Shown piece by piece: positions 9,015 to 21,253 of a stretch of 64,000 nt of DNA. The position numbers and the translations under genes were made by a program. Within the stretch, counting starts at the first letter, position 1. Each line of letters opens with the position of its first letter. The DNA lies in NCBI GenBank assembly GCA_039630545.1, contig JBCNUU010000002.1:159994-223993 (forward strand), read 5' to 3'. The notes below the pieces were generated by a model. That model had not been told where the DNA came from, searched no databases, and saw only the letters and a program-made list of their open reading frames with translations. The DNA is from Endomicrobiia bacterium (GTDB lineage: Bacteria > Elusimicrobiota > Endomicrobiia > DTEH01).

Positions 9015-10898
9015 ATGAAAAAAATTTTGAAGTATCAAAATGTGTTAATGTATTATATTAACATACTTTTATTTTCATCTCTAACTTTCTGTAAAGAGGA
9101 AATTTTTATATCTGTTATAAAAGAAGGTATAAAAGAACAATTTATACCTTCTAATGCAATAATCATTACACAGAAAGATATTGAAAAAACATCTGCAAAA
9201 AATCTTGGAGAATTGTTAGATATGTTGACTGTATATGATTTATCTCACTATAGTGGTTTAGGAAGCGAGAAATCTTTGAGATTAAGAAATTCTACATCAA
9301 ACCAAGTTTTAGTTTTAATAAATGGTATACCAATAAGTGGACCAGCAAAAGGAAGTTTCAATTTGTCTCTTATTCCTGTGGAAGTTATAGAAAAAATTGA
9401 AATTTTAAGCGGAAGCTCATCTGGCCTATATGGAGCTAATGCTGTTGCTGGAGTTATAAATATAATTACTAAAACTTCATCTAAGATACATCCTGAGGTT
9501 TATTCTTGTTTTTCGTATGGAAGTTTTAATACTTATGGTACAACAGCTGAGTTTGATTATGTTAAAGATGCATATGGTATAAAGATTCTAGCTTCAGGCA
9601 TTCATTCAGATGGTTGGAGAGAAAACTCAAAATATGATAGTATTTCTGGGTATGGAAAGTTTTCAAAACAGACTCTTTATGGTAAAGTTGATTTTGAAAT
9701 TTTAACAAAAGATTCAAAGTCAGGAATTCCTGGGATAAGTCCTTTACCTATGGAACAATGGGACGGAGAAAAAGAAAAGCAGGCTTCAACTCCTTATGCT
9801 TTAGAATATGATAATTTTAGTTTGTTTTCTTTGAACTTTAATAATAAACTTATAACTTCAAAGTTAAGTTATGACATTCGAAAGTTAATATATGACAACT
9901 CAAAGGATCCTTTATGGCCTGAGAAAACTGATTCTAACTTAAATACTATAAATTTCTTAAATGAAATTGCTTTGCCATATAAAATTTATGTTTCTTTAAA
10001 CTACACTTATACTTTATTAAATCAGCAGTATCCATTAAATTCAAATCATAATTTTAAAAAAGATGTTTCAAATTTAAGTTTAGGATTAAAGAAAGAATTA
10101 AATTTTGAAAGTTTTAACTTTATACCGATATTTAGGTGGGACTCTAATTCTATATTTGGTAACAAAGTTTCACCACAACTTATATTTGTGTATGGACTTA
10201 AAAATTTAAAGTTTACCTTAACAGCAGGAACTTCCTGGCGTGCTCCTACTTTTCTGGATTTATATTGGCCGGACCAAATCTGGGCTAAAGGAAATCCTGA
10301 TTTAAAACCAGAAGATTCTTATTCTTTAGATTTTGCTTTTGAATTCAAACCTGAGAAGTTCAGAGTATCTATCAATCCATTCTATAGATATATAAGAAAT
10401 CAGATAAGGTGGTATCCAGAGAATCCTCAAGATATGTTTTCTGCCTGGATACCTTCTAATGTGGACGAAACAGTAGCTCAAGGAGTGGAAATAAACTCAG
10501 AATTTTCGGTAAGGAATATTTTTATAAATAAAGTTTCGGTTTTGTTGTGTGACAATAGAATAAAGAAAAAAGGAGAAGAAGATAAAGGTTGGCAAAAGCA
10601 GGCATATTCTCCTTTAGTCTCTGCGGTTTATAATTTTGAAGTTTTACTTCCTTATAGCTTTAAACTCGCAAATGTTATAAAGTATGTAGATTCTCAATAT
10701 TCAAGAGATTCAGAGTCAGGTACCAAACTTAAAAGCTTTATTTTATGGGACATAAAATTTTCAAAAAATATTTTTAATTTTTTAGATTTATACTTACAAG
10801 CTAAAGATGTTTTAGACCAGAAAGGAGTAAACAGAGAAGCTTATCCTCAACCTGGAAGAAGTTATGAGTGTGGATTTTGTTTAAATGTTAAATTTTGA
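9015..10898 (+). CDS. btuB: TonB-dependent outer-membrane receptor, BtuB-like
   Basis: Plug motifs QVLVLINGIP and IEKIEILSGSSSGLYGANAVAGVINIIT, GNPDLKPE, terminal Phe; lies at the end of the B12 operon. Confidence 0.82.
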   Translation: MKKILKYQNVLMYYINILLFSSLTFCKEEIFISVIKEGIKEQFIPSNAIIITQKDIEKTSAKNLGELLDMLTVYDLSHYSGLGSEKSLRLRNSTSNQVLVLINGIPISGPAKGSFNLSLIPVEVIEKIEILSGSSSGLYGANAVAGVINIITKTSSKIHPEVYSCFSYGSFNTYGTTAEFDYVKDAYGIKILASGIHSDGWRENSKYDSISGYGKFSKQTLYGKVDFEILTKDSKSGIPGISPLPMEQWDGEKEKQASTPYALEYDNFSLFSLNFNNKLITSKLSYDIRKLIYDNSKDPLWPEKTDSNLNTINFLNEIALPYKIYVSLNYTYTLLNQQYPLNSNHNFKKDVSNLSLGLKKELNFESFNFIPIFRWDSNSIFGNKVSPQLIFVYGLKNLKFTLTAGTSWRAPTFLDLYWPDQIWAKGNPDLKPEDSYSLDFAFEFKPEKFRVSINPFYRYIRNQIRWYPENPQDMFSAWIPSNVDETVAQGVEINSEFSVRNIFINKVSVLLCDNRIKKKGEEDKGWQKQAYSPLVSAVYNFEVLLPYSFKLANVIKYVDSQYSRDSESGTKLKSFILWDIKFSKNIFNFLDLYLQAKDVLDQKGVNREAYPQPGRSYECGFCLNVKF

Positions 10899-10973
10899 TT
10901 TTTAGCATTTATATATTTTATAAGTTTTAAAGTGAGGTTGACTTATATGTAGAAATTATATATATACTTAATA

Positions 10974-13900
10974 ATGGGAAAATTTTTTAAAAAAAAACCT
11001 GTATTGGTATATTTAGTTTGTGTTTTTATTAAAACGTATGGGTTTAGTTTAAACTGGACAGAGAATACAAAGCAGCATTTTGAAGATGGTTTTTTTTATA
11101 GATCTACTGTTACTGCAGATGGAAAACTAAAAGTAAAACAATGGGATGATTGGTGGAACACTGCCTGGCCCCAAAGGATTCCGATAGAAATAAATAATTT
11201 AAATAATCCAGAAGAACTATTGGATTATCAGATATGGTTTATTTTTAACTCATCTGCTTTAGTAAGTGCAGGTAAATTAGACTCTACTGGTTCTTCTATT
11301 CGTATAACAGCCTCAGATGGAAAAACACTTCTTCCTTTCTGGGTTGAAAGTTGGAACATTGTGTCCTCTACCGGGTCAAAAATATGGGTAAGGGTTCCTA
11401 GAATTCCTGCAGACTCTAAAACCTATATTTATATGTATATTAGAAATACTTCTACTAATTCTGTGTCTAATAGAGATGCTGTTTTTGACCTATATGAGGA
11501 TTGGGAATCAGGCAGAATAAGATCTCGGACTTTCTGGTCTGAAACTGGTTGGATTTTGGGCGGAAATGCTAATTTTGAAATTCATACATCAACAGATTTG
11601 ATATACAACTTTAAAACTCAATCAAATGAGAACTTCAATGTATTTGAAGGACACTATGCTGTGCGTTCAGGACTGATTACGCATTCTCAAAATTTATTTC
11701 TTCAAACAATTTTAGATTTAAATTATCCAGCTAGAATTGAATTTTACTGGGCTTGTTTTTCTGAAGGCAGCAATTATGACTATTTAAGTTTTTATATTGG
11801 TGCAGTAGAGCAGGGAAGAATTCAAGGTGAGGCAGGATGGACTTTTGCTGCATTTTATCTTCCATCAGGAATAAATAATCTAAGGTGGGAATACAAAAAA
11901 GATCCTTCAGGAACGACACACTATGATAGAGGATTTTTAGATAAAATCGTTGTAAGAAAATATAACTCTTTATTTGACTCACAAATTCAGCAAAGAGTAA
12001 CACTGCAATCCATAGAAGAGTATTCTCCTTATTATAGATATGCTGAATATTACTCTGAAGTTTTTGACACAAAAGGAGAAAATACATTGGTAGTTTTTGC
12101 TTCCTGGACAGAAGTTTTAAATGGGCAGACTGTTAAAATTTATGCAAGAAGTAGCGATGAGTATTTTACAATTTTAAGCACATATCCTCGATTTACAGTT
12201 ACTGAACGGACTAATATTTTTAATCCTGCAGGGATACTCCCAGCTGGGAGATATTTACAGTATAAAGTAGAATTTTATACAAATGGTACAACCACATCTG
12301 AGGTGTCAGACATAAATTTCACATATCTACCTTTACCTTTAAGAGCTTATGAGTTTAACGGAGTAGCTTTGTCTTCAACTTCAATAAAGTGGAGCTGGGT
12401 AAATAGAGCCACTTATTACATAGATGGTTATATTATCTATTCTTCAACACGACAATATAATAAGGACGGAAGATATCTTGTAGTAACTTCTACTTCTGAA
12501 GGAATTTTGGCTCGTCTGCCTTCTTCTGCTACTTACTGGATAGAGGAAAATCTACAACCTAACACACAATATGGAAGGTATGTGGTAGCCTACACTACCA
12601 CAATTGTGGCTTTTGGAGGTAATGCTTCAAGAAGTATTACTGGTAGAGATGAACCAAGATATGTTTACACCTTAGCATTGTCTCCGAGTTGTAAACCAGA
12701 AAGATATGAAATGACAACCATACCTCCTTATTACAGATTTGTTGAAATTTCGACTGGTGTATGGTATAACACAAAAGAATTTTCGTTTACTTCTGCTTTT
12801 TCTACAGGTCCAGGTAGGGTAGCGTACTACCGGTATGTGTTTACAACAACTTCTACCTGGAATGATTCTGAAGCCTATGTATGGTATCCAAATTCTTCTA
12901 CATATATTACAGGCGGTGGAGAACAGATCTTAGAACGCCCAATTTTGGAACTCTTTGCTACAAAAAATTCAGATAATTGGTATTTTCAGGTAAAAAGCTA
13001 CAATGGTGACAATTTAGAATCAGGTTATCAAATTTTTGGTCCTTTTTGGTTCAATGGATGTCCTGCACAGATTACAGATCTTGTAGCAGTTAGAGGTAAA
13101 TTTGAAGAGGGTAAAATAGTTTTAAACTGGACAGCACCTACAGATGATGCAGAGGTAGGCAATTTAATAGGTGCAAAATATATTATCAAATATCGTATAG
13201 CAGGAATAATAGATACGGATGAGAAATTTGATTCTATTGTGCCAGTAGTTACTTCCACTGGAATGGTTCAGGGAATAATAGAAATATCTACTACTACACA
13301 AGCAGGTAATAAAGAAACCTTTGTAGTAAGCGGACTTGTACCGGGTTTGACTTATTGGTTTGCTATCCGTGTAGTAGATAATAATAACAATAAATCATTA
13401 GTATCTACAAATATTAGTAGTATTTATTATTTAAGAGCAAGAAGTTCAAAAGTTTCTAAAATAGAGTTTGTAACACCTTCATACACATTTTATGCAGGTG
13501 ACGTTTCTGCAAAAATAGAAGTAAGACTTTTAGATGAAGATGGTGATGAGATTAAAACAAAATTTGGTGGAGAATGTGATTTGTTAACAACTTCTTCTAA
13601 AGGTAGGTTTTCTTTAGATGGGGTTAACTTTGGAATAAGTAAACTTAATATTTTACCAAATACTTCTCGCGGTGTATTTTATTATATGGATGAACAATCC
13701 GGCAATCCAGAGATTACAGTGGATGAAGTAGCTGCTATTTATTACTGGAATGGTTCCCAGGGGTGGATGAGTTCATCTCAAATTCATGAAATTCTTCCTG
13801 GTAAAGCGGTAACATTTAGAGTTATTCCTCAGGATGGGAATTATAACTGTCAAATAGTAGTGGACAAACCAGTTTATATTGAAGCTGTAGATAAATTAGG

Positions 13901-16900
13901 CAATCGTGCTGTAGATTTTGAGGGAGTAGTGGTTGTCACAACTTCTTTTAATGGGTTGTTTATTTTTCCTTACAGTGTAACATTCACATTAGCAGACCAA
14001 GGACGAGTAAATGCTGTTTTAAGAAACTACTACTATGCAGGTGCAAGCAGTATAACTGTTTTTGAAGTGGTAAATCAAGACTACAAAAAAATTATTTTTA
14101 GTGATTTTTATAACGGATATCTAATAGGCTCTAAAGGTATTTTAAAAGCAACCTCTGAAGGAGGTATAAGATGGTTTACTAAAATTTACAGAGATGAAAC
14201 AGCAAAAGCTCTAAATGGTATAGCTGTACATGAAAATCTTGGAGTTTTATGTGGGAAAAACGGACTTGTGATTATTTCTACGAACTCTTTTTTAACCTAT
14301 GATGAAAAAAATGTTTCCTCTGTAGATTTAAATGATGTAGTTTTTGTTGACAGTACAACCTTGGTGGTATGTGGATCAGGAGGTGCAATTTTAAAATCAA
14401 CAGATTGTGGTAAAAGCTTTCATACTATTTCTTCACCGATAAATGTTTCTTTAAATTCTATAGTTTTTGTTTCAAGTACAACAGGTTTTATTTGTGGTGA
14501 CAATGGTAAACTAATTAAAACTACAAATAAAGCAATAAGTTTTGAAGAAATTTCTACGCCGGTTTCTAATAATCTTTACGGAATGAAATTTTTAGATGAA
14601 CAGACAGGTTTTATATGTGGTAGTAGTTCAATTTTACTTAAAACTGAAGATGGTGCTAGAAGTTTTATCAGTGTAACTGTTTCTACAGAGAATATTAGTT
14701 TATATGGTGTAGATTTTCTTACTTCTCAAATTGGTGTGGTATGTGGTTCATCTGGTAAAGTGTTTATTACCACCAACTCAGCAACGAGTTTCTATGACAT
14801 TTCTCCTAAGGAAGCACAAAATGAAATTTTTTATTCTATTAAAATGCTAGACTTAAATAAAATAATAGTTGTGGGAAGCAATGGAAGTGTTTACTTTACA
14901 GCTGACAGAGGTATAAATTGGAGAAAAATTGTAATGCATGGATTTTCTCCTCAAGAGTATTTGTGGAATGCTACTGTTATTTCGTCCATTCAACCACGTG
15001 CTTCAAAGGTGATTCAAGGAAGAGCAAATCAAACAATAGCTACTTTAGGTATTAGATACGCTTATCCATCAGCAGTTACTACGAAAATTAATAAGTTAAC
15101 AGTAAGGAAATTGGGTACTCTTCCTGATGAATATATTACTTCTATAAAATTAGGTGAACTTGGAACAGCAAGTTTTATAAACGGAGTTGCTGAGATATTG
15201 CTTCCATCTCAGCCTATAATAAGATATACTACATCCTATTTTGATGTTCAAATAGACCTTTCACCAGAGGCTCCGTTAGACACGACTTTTGCTTTAATGT
15301 TTGATTTTGGATGTATAAATGTTGCTCAAGGAATACAGTTTGGTAGAAATAATCTGCCGTATATAACCTATAAGGATACCTCTACACTGGAGTATTTAGT
15401 AGTAGTTCCTCCGGTAGTAAACGTCTACATAATAGACATAGATACTTCTACATATCTAAGAACATATACTGGTTTTCAAAAAACAAAAATACTGGAACAA
15501 GGAGACAGCGGGGTAATAATAAAAATCGGTTTAACAACTGACAGGTCTATTTCTCCATTTAGAAAACTTCGTGTAAATCTTTCAGGTGATAATTTAAGAG
15601 ATGAGGATATAAAAGTAGTAAAACTTTATGTGGATTATCCTTTTATTGAAGAAAATATGGTTTCTTCTTCAACATTTAAAGGAGGCATAGCTTTTCTTGA
15701 TTTTAAGAAAGAGCAAATTATTTCTGATAAAGCTACTAGTTATTTCTATATTACAGCAGAAATTTCTCCTGACGCTTCTTATTCCAGAGATCTTACAGAA
15801 GTAAACTTTTTATTTAAAATAGATATATCAACTTCTTATTTCTTGTTAGATCATGAAGGAGTCAATACGATCTCTTCTAGATTAACTTATTTACAAAAAG
15901 AGATAACCTCAACAAAAACCCGTATAGAAATTTCAAAAGATATTGTTTATGTAAGAATATTACCAGAAATAGCGGCAAGAATTCCTGAAAAAGTTTATCA
16001 ATCTGAAAGAGTGATTTTTTTACCTTTAGGAATTTCTGTGGGCAAACGTGGTTTAGGAGTTGCTTCTGCTGATTGGTCAAGGTTAAGAATAGATAAATCC
16101 ACACAAGCATCAGATAGTTATACTCGTTTTGATAGAAGTTCCTAGACTTTGGTTGAAGTCTGGAGGGATGTGAATGGAGACGGGTTATTAAACTTACAGG
16201 ATGTGAAATTAGGTGAAAGTAGGTTTGAAAATAACATAGCTTTAGTGATTTTTGATCAACCAGAGAAAATAGATAAACAAGAATATCTATCTCAATATGC
16301 CACATACTTTATTTGCTGTTATATACCTAAAAATGCCCAACCAGATGAAAAACTCAGGTTGTATATTTCTACCGGCACATACTTTACATTAGGTGGTGTA
16401 GATGTTGTAGAAAGCGGAAATTTTCCTTTAGTTTCTCCTCAGCTTACAATAGCTGACTGGCCAGATGAAGTTTCTTTTGAAGCGGTTTCTTTAGCACCAG
16501 CTGAAGCTGCACTGTATGAAACAGATGTAGCTTTGGCAAAGTTTGATCTTTTAGCATTTTGTGATGCAACTTTAGAAGAACTAAATATTACTCATGAAGG
16601 AACTTCAGAGCCTGGTAATACTGTAAAATTGGTTAAAGTATATTTAGATGATGGTGACTTAAGGTTTGATAAAGATAAAGATATAATAGTTTCAACAGGT
16701 GTATTTGATTCTTCCGGAAAATGTAAATTAAAATTTTTTAATCCTCAAAATAGACTTAAATATCCTCCAGTTCTTATTCTAGACGAAAATGTAAGAATAT
16801 TTGTGACTTTTGATTTTAGTGAAGATGCGATTCCAGATAAAACGATAGGTTTCGGAATAGATCCTACCGGTTTAAGCTATAATTTACCTAATAGACAAAA

Positions 16901-18128
16901 ACCATTTGGATATTTTTCTACTTCAAAAATAACGCTTCTGGATAAAAGAACACCAACAAAACCTAAAATATTTCCTTATGTCCCACTTAATAGAGGTATA
17001 GATACAGGTAGAGAAATAGAAAATCTTGTTTATTACACTCCTTACAATAACGAGATAAAGTTTAACTGGTATTCAGAAGCTCCTTTTGGTGGTGGGATAA
17101 AATCTGGTTATGCGGGGATTGCTTTAAGAAAACCTAAACATCTCAGTGACATTCCTGATCTGGTAAATTTTATTCCTATAGGAGATGTTGGTGATTTTAC
17201 TCTCTCTGGATTAAATCTTGAACATAACAAAGTTTATTACTTATGGATAAAGGCAGAAAGTAATGCTGGATTTACGAGGTTAAATTATGTGACCCTTTTT
17301 ATAGACAATACTCCTGCTTCTGAACCTCAACCTCCTTTTTCCACTTTACCTTCAAATAATATTTTTTGGGTTAATACCAATTTAAAAGAAGATGATGAAA
17401 GCTTTCTAGAAAGTGTTGAAATAGAAGAAAGAGTTCATCAGGAGTATATTTGGAATAATGTAAAATCGGTAAAGCTCCCTGTGGAGGAGATAATTAAAAG
17501 TATATATATGAAAACAATACCTGTAAGAATAGAAAACGATAAAATCATTTTTTCTTCAAGAAGTATATTATCGGATGATGTGATAGTGGAGTATAATTTT
17601 GTTGTTACAGTTTCTACGCCTCAAAATTTTGAAGTAATAAACTTTAAAACATTATTTTCATTTTTGGGTTATAAACTTGAAAGTTATTCTATAAAACTTG
17701 AGAACCGTTTTTCTAATAAAGAAATTAATAAAGTATATTATTATCGTGCAAGAAGTAGAAATGTTGTAGGACTCTATTCTGACTTTTCAGAAGTTTCTAA
17801 AGCTATTTATCTTGGACTTCCTGACACTACGATTCTGGAACTTACAACTTTTCCAAATCCATGCGATGTAAGAAAAGATGTTTTAAAGATAAGTTATATT
17901 TTAACAGAAGATGCTGAAGTTAATATAAAAATTTTTGATATTTTAGGAGGGTTGGTTTATCAAAAGAGTTATCCTTTAGGTTCTTCATATACATCACGAG
18001 GAACACATTTTATTGAGATTCCGGAAAGCAAAAATTTTGCTGCAGGAATGTATATAATGTATTTACAAACAAAAGATAAAAATGGTAACATTTCAAATAA
18101 AAAGTGGAAAATAGGAATAATTAGATGA
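10974..18128 (+). pseudogene. Giant secreted multidomain protein (about 2,384 aa: signal peptide, DUF2341, FN3, BNR/YCF48-like propeller, repeated beta modules, T9SS-like C-terminal domain) interrupted by one in-frame TAG at 16143-16145
   Basis: ORFs 10974..16145 and 16149..18128 are in the same frame, separated only by TAG ACT. DUF2341-like WWNTAWPQRIPIEI...KIWVRVPRIP; repeated GFICG/ILKSTDCG BNR units; C-terminus TFPNP...KIFDILGGLV...AAGMYIMYL...KKWKIGIIR. Confidence 0.75.
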
Positions 18129-19718
18129 AAAAATACATTTTTAGTTTTTTATTTTTAATAGTTTCAGTGAAATTTTTAAATTCTACATCTAGTCAATCTA
18201 TGCCTGTTTTGTCTTATCCTATAGGTGCAAAGATAAATGCTATGGGAAACACTTATAATTCATTGGGTTTTGATGTATTTAGTTCTTTGTTAAATCCGGC
18301 TGTAGTTGGAGTACTTGATAAGAAAAATATCGGGTTGACTACTGCTTTACTTTATGAGTCTACTATACTTAGTTTTTTTGGGTATGTTTTACCTACTTTA
18401 GATTTTGGTAATTTTTCTTTTAATACTGTTTATCTTAATAGTTTCGCTGCTAAACAAACAGATGAATTTAATAGATTTACTGGGAAGGAGTTTTCTTATA
18501 GTAACTTAATTACAAGTATTGGTTGGGGTAAAGAATTTGTAATCAGGAAAGTTTATATTGGAGGCAATATAAAATTTTTATTAGAAACGATTGACGGTTA
18601 TAGCCGTAGTTTCTTGACTTCCGGTTTAGGAGCAATATATAGATTTTCTTCAGCTGTAGACTTGGCTGGAAATATAAACAATGTTTTAAATTTAAAACTA
18701 ACCTCTACGGAAGATGATTTGCCATTGGGAATAAATTTAGGAATTGGTATAAAACCGTTTGAAAAATTAAATTTAGGATTTGATTTTGGTAAGAATATAT
18801 TCAAGGGTAAATTTTCAGATAGATACTCATTTGGTATAAATTGGTCTCCTTTAAAGACATTTTCTATTCGTGCAGGAAAAAACGAGCTTGAAAGTTCCTT
18901 TGGCTTTGGTGTAAATTTTAAAAACATGAGTGTTGATTATGCGCTGGTTTTACAAGAATATCTGGGGTTTTCTCACAGAGTTTCTTTAGATTTTAAATTT
19001 GGGAAAACATTGGATGAAATATGGGCAGAAAGGATGAAGACACTTCCTGCGACAGAAGAGTTAGAAATTATAGAAGCAAAACTTCAAACTGAAGAAGAAA
19101 AAAGAAGATACTTTCAGAGTTTATTTAATGAAGCTGTTAAAAATTATACAACTGGCAATTACAAACAAGCCCTGAATAATTTTAATAAAGCAAAAGAAAT
19201 ACAACCAGAAGCTACTGATATAGATATATATAGATAGAATAAATCTTGTTACCTCCTTATATTCTTCAATTACACCAACAGATAAAGTATCTAGTCTTTT
19301 AGTAAGGGGCATAAGCTATTACATAAACGGGGATAATGTTTCAGCAGTAAAAGTAATAAATTATGCTTTAAGTTTATCTCCTGATGATATTCAAATTTCA
19401 AGGTTGTTAACAAAGATAGAAGAAAAAACAGGTGTTAGAGCAGAAAAAATAGAAAACTTAGCAGGTACTACTATAGTAGACAAATTACATAGTGAATCAT
19501 TAATTGCGTTTAGAAAACGGGATTATGCCACAGCCATAAAACTCTGTGAAGAGATTTTATTGTTAGAACCCGAAGATGTCTTAGCTTACAAGAGATTAGG
19601 TTCTGCATTTTATGCTCTTGGTCAAAAAGATAAAGCTTTACAGATGTGGCAACAAGCTCTTCAGTTAGATCCTAAAGATGAGAAATTAAAAAATATGATA
19701 GAAAATATTAAAAAATAA
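18125..19718 (+). pseudogene. PorV/PorQ-like outer-membrane beta-barrel fused to C-terminal TPRs, frameshifted at 19224-19232
   Basis: N-terminal GAKINAMG...D...NPA motif; barrel end DYAL...LGFSHRVSLDFKFG. The TPR region continues in the +1 frame (IDRINLVTSLYSS...YALSLSPDD, joining ORF 19404..19718). Adding one AT gives a 531-aa ORF. Confidence 0.75.
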
Positions 19719-19805
19719 AAACTTTTTATTTTCCTTTTTTATTTTTCTCTTCTTTAATTTTCCTCTAATCTTGAAATGATTTTAATGATTTTGTAAAAAA
19801 TTTTT

Positions 19806-20852
19806 ATGAATTTTAAACTTAAAGAAATAGCTAAAATTGTAGAAGGTGAGTTATATGGAGATGAAAATATAATAATAAAAGGGATAAATGAAATAGAAAA
19901 AGCAGAAAACAACGAAATCTGTGTATTAAGAAATATAAAAAATAAAAGTTCTTTGAAAACCACAAAAGCCACAGCAGTAATTGTTCCATATAAAATAGAT
20001 GATATTGCAATAGCTCAAATAGTAGTCAAAAATGTAGATTTAGCTTTTATTAAATTATTAGAAATTATCTTTCAAGAAAAACAAAAACCTTATAAAGGGA
20101 TTCACACTACAGCTATAATAGACAAAAATGTAAAAATTCATGATAGTGTATATGTAGGCCCTTACTGTGTGATTGAAGAAGGTGTTGAGATATTAGAAAA
20201 CACAAAGATTATGTGTTTTGTATATATAGGTAGAAATGTAAAAATAGGAAAAAATGTGATTGTATATCCACATGTAACAATTAGAGAAGACACTGTGATA
20301 GGTAACAATGTTGTAATTCATAGTGGTACTGTAATAGGAAGTGACGGGTTTGGGTATACTAAAATTGAAGAAAAATATGTAAAAATTCCTCAGATAGGGA
20401 AAGTAGTAATAGAAGATGATGTAGAAATAGGAGCAAATGTTACAATAGACAGAGCCACTATTTCAGAAACTTATATTGGAAAGGGAACTAAAATTGATAA
20501 CCTTGTTCATATAGCACATAATGTTAAAATAGCAGAGAATGTTTTAATATTAGCACAGGTTGGTATTGCAGGGAGTAGTCAGATTGGTAAAAACACAATA
20601 CTTGCTGGACAAACAGGTGTTACAGATCATATAAAAGTAGGAGAAAATGTAATTGCAGGTCCACGAACAGGGATAGTGCAGAATATAGAGGACAATCAGA
20701 TTGTTTGGGGTACACCTCCTATACCTTTTGATGAGCAAAAAAAAATATCAATTGCTTCAAAGCGATTACCAAAATTGTTAAAAGAATTTTCTGAACTGAA
20801 AAATAAATTTCATCAATTACAAGAACTTTTTTTTTCTAAAGAAAAAAAATAG
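19806..20852 (+). CDS. lpxD: UDP-3-O-acylglucosamine N-acyltransferase
   Basis: Hexapeptide repeats, IGSDGFGY, KIPQIG and IDNLVHIAHNV. Confidence 0.95.
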   Translation: MNFKLKEIAKIVEGELYGDENIIIKGINEIEKAENNEICVLRNIKNKSSLKTTKATAVIVPYKIDDIAIAQIVVKNVDLAFIKLLEIIFQEKQKPYKGIHTTAIIDKNVKIHDSVYVGPYCVIEEGVEILENTKIMCFVYIGRNVKIGKNVIVYPHVTIREDTVIGNNVVIHSGTVIGSDGFGYTKIEEKYVKIPQIGKVVIEDDVEIGANVTIDRATISETYIGKGTKIDNLVHIAHNVKIAENVLILAQVGIAGSSQIGKNTILAGQTGVTDHIKVGENVIAGPRTGIVQNIEDNQIVWGTPPIPFDEQKKISIASKRLPKLLKEFSELKNKFHQLQELFFSKEKK

Positions 20853-20862
20853 ATTTAATTTT

Positions 20863-20936
20863 GGGCGTGTAGTTCAGATGGCCAGAACGCACGGTTCACA
20901 TCCGTGAGGTCAGAGGTTCAACTCCTCTCACGCCCA
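20863..20936 (+). tRNA. tRNA-Val (anticodon CAC); 3' CCA not encoded
   Basis: Acceptor GGGCGTG/CACGCCC, anticodon arm CACGG-TTCACAT-CCGTG, T-arm AGAGG-TTCAACT-CCTCT. Confidence 0.95.
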
Positions 20937-20962
20937 TTTTTATTTATGGAGGTAAAAATAAC

Positions 20963-21229
20963 ATGGTTTTGACAAAAGAAAAAATAAAAGAGATAATAAA
21001 AAAATATGGTAAAAATGAAAAAGATTCAGGTTCAGCTGAAGTTCAAATAGTTTTACTCACAGAAAGAATTAACAATCTTTTAAGACATTTTTCAGTTCAT
21101 AAAAAAGATTTTTTGACAAAAAGAAGTTTTTTAAAACTTATAGGTAAAAGAAGAAGATTGTTGAAGTACCTAAAACGTACAAATCCTCAAAAGTACGATC
21201 AAATAGTAAAAGAAATAGGATTAGAATAA
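20963..21229 (+). CDS. rpsO: 30S ribosomal protein S15
   Basis: DSGSAEVQIVLLTERINNL...HKKD...RRRLLKYL; SD GGAGGT upstream. Confidence 0.97.
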   Translation: MVLTKEKIKEIIKKYGKNEKDSGSAEVQIVLLTERINNLLRHFSVHKKDFLTKRSFLKLIGKRRRLLKYLKRTNPQKYDQIVKEIGLE

Positions 21230-21253
21230 TTTTAATAAATTTTAAAGTAATCA

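Noticed and set aside
16143..16145. Genome-wide TAG recoding or pyrrolysine
   Set aside because: TAG ends lpxD, accB and fumarase alpha at their expected C-termini, no pyl genes are seen, and the TAG at 19235 is explained by a frameshift.
19719..19800. Pyrimidine-rich tract after the TPR gene as an intrinsic terminator
   Set aside because: Only a weak A/T-only stem; it cannot be called with confidence.
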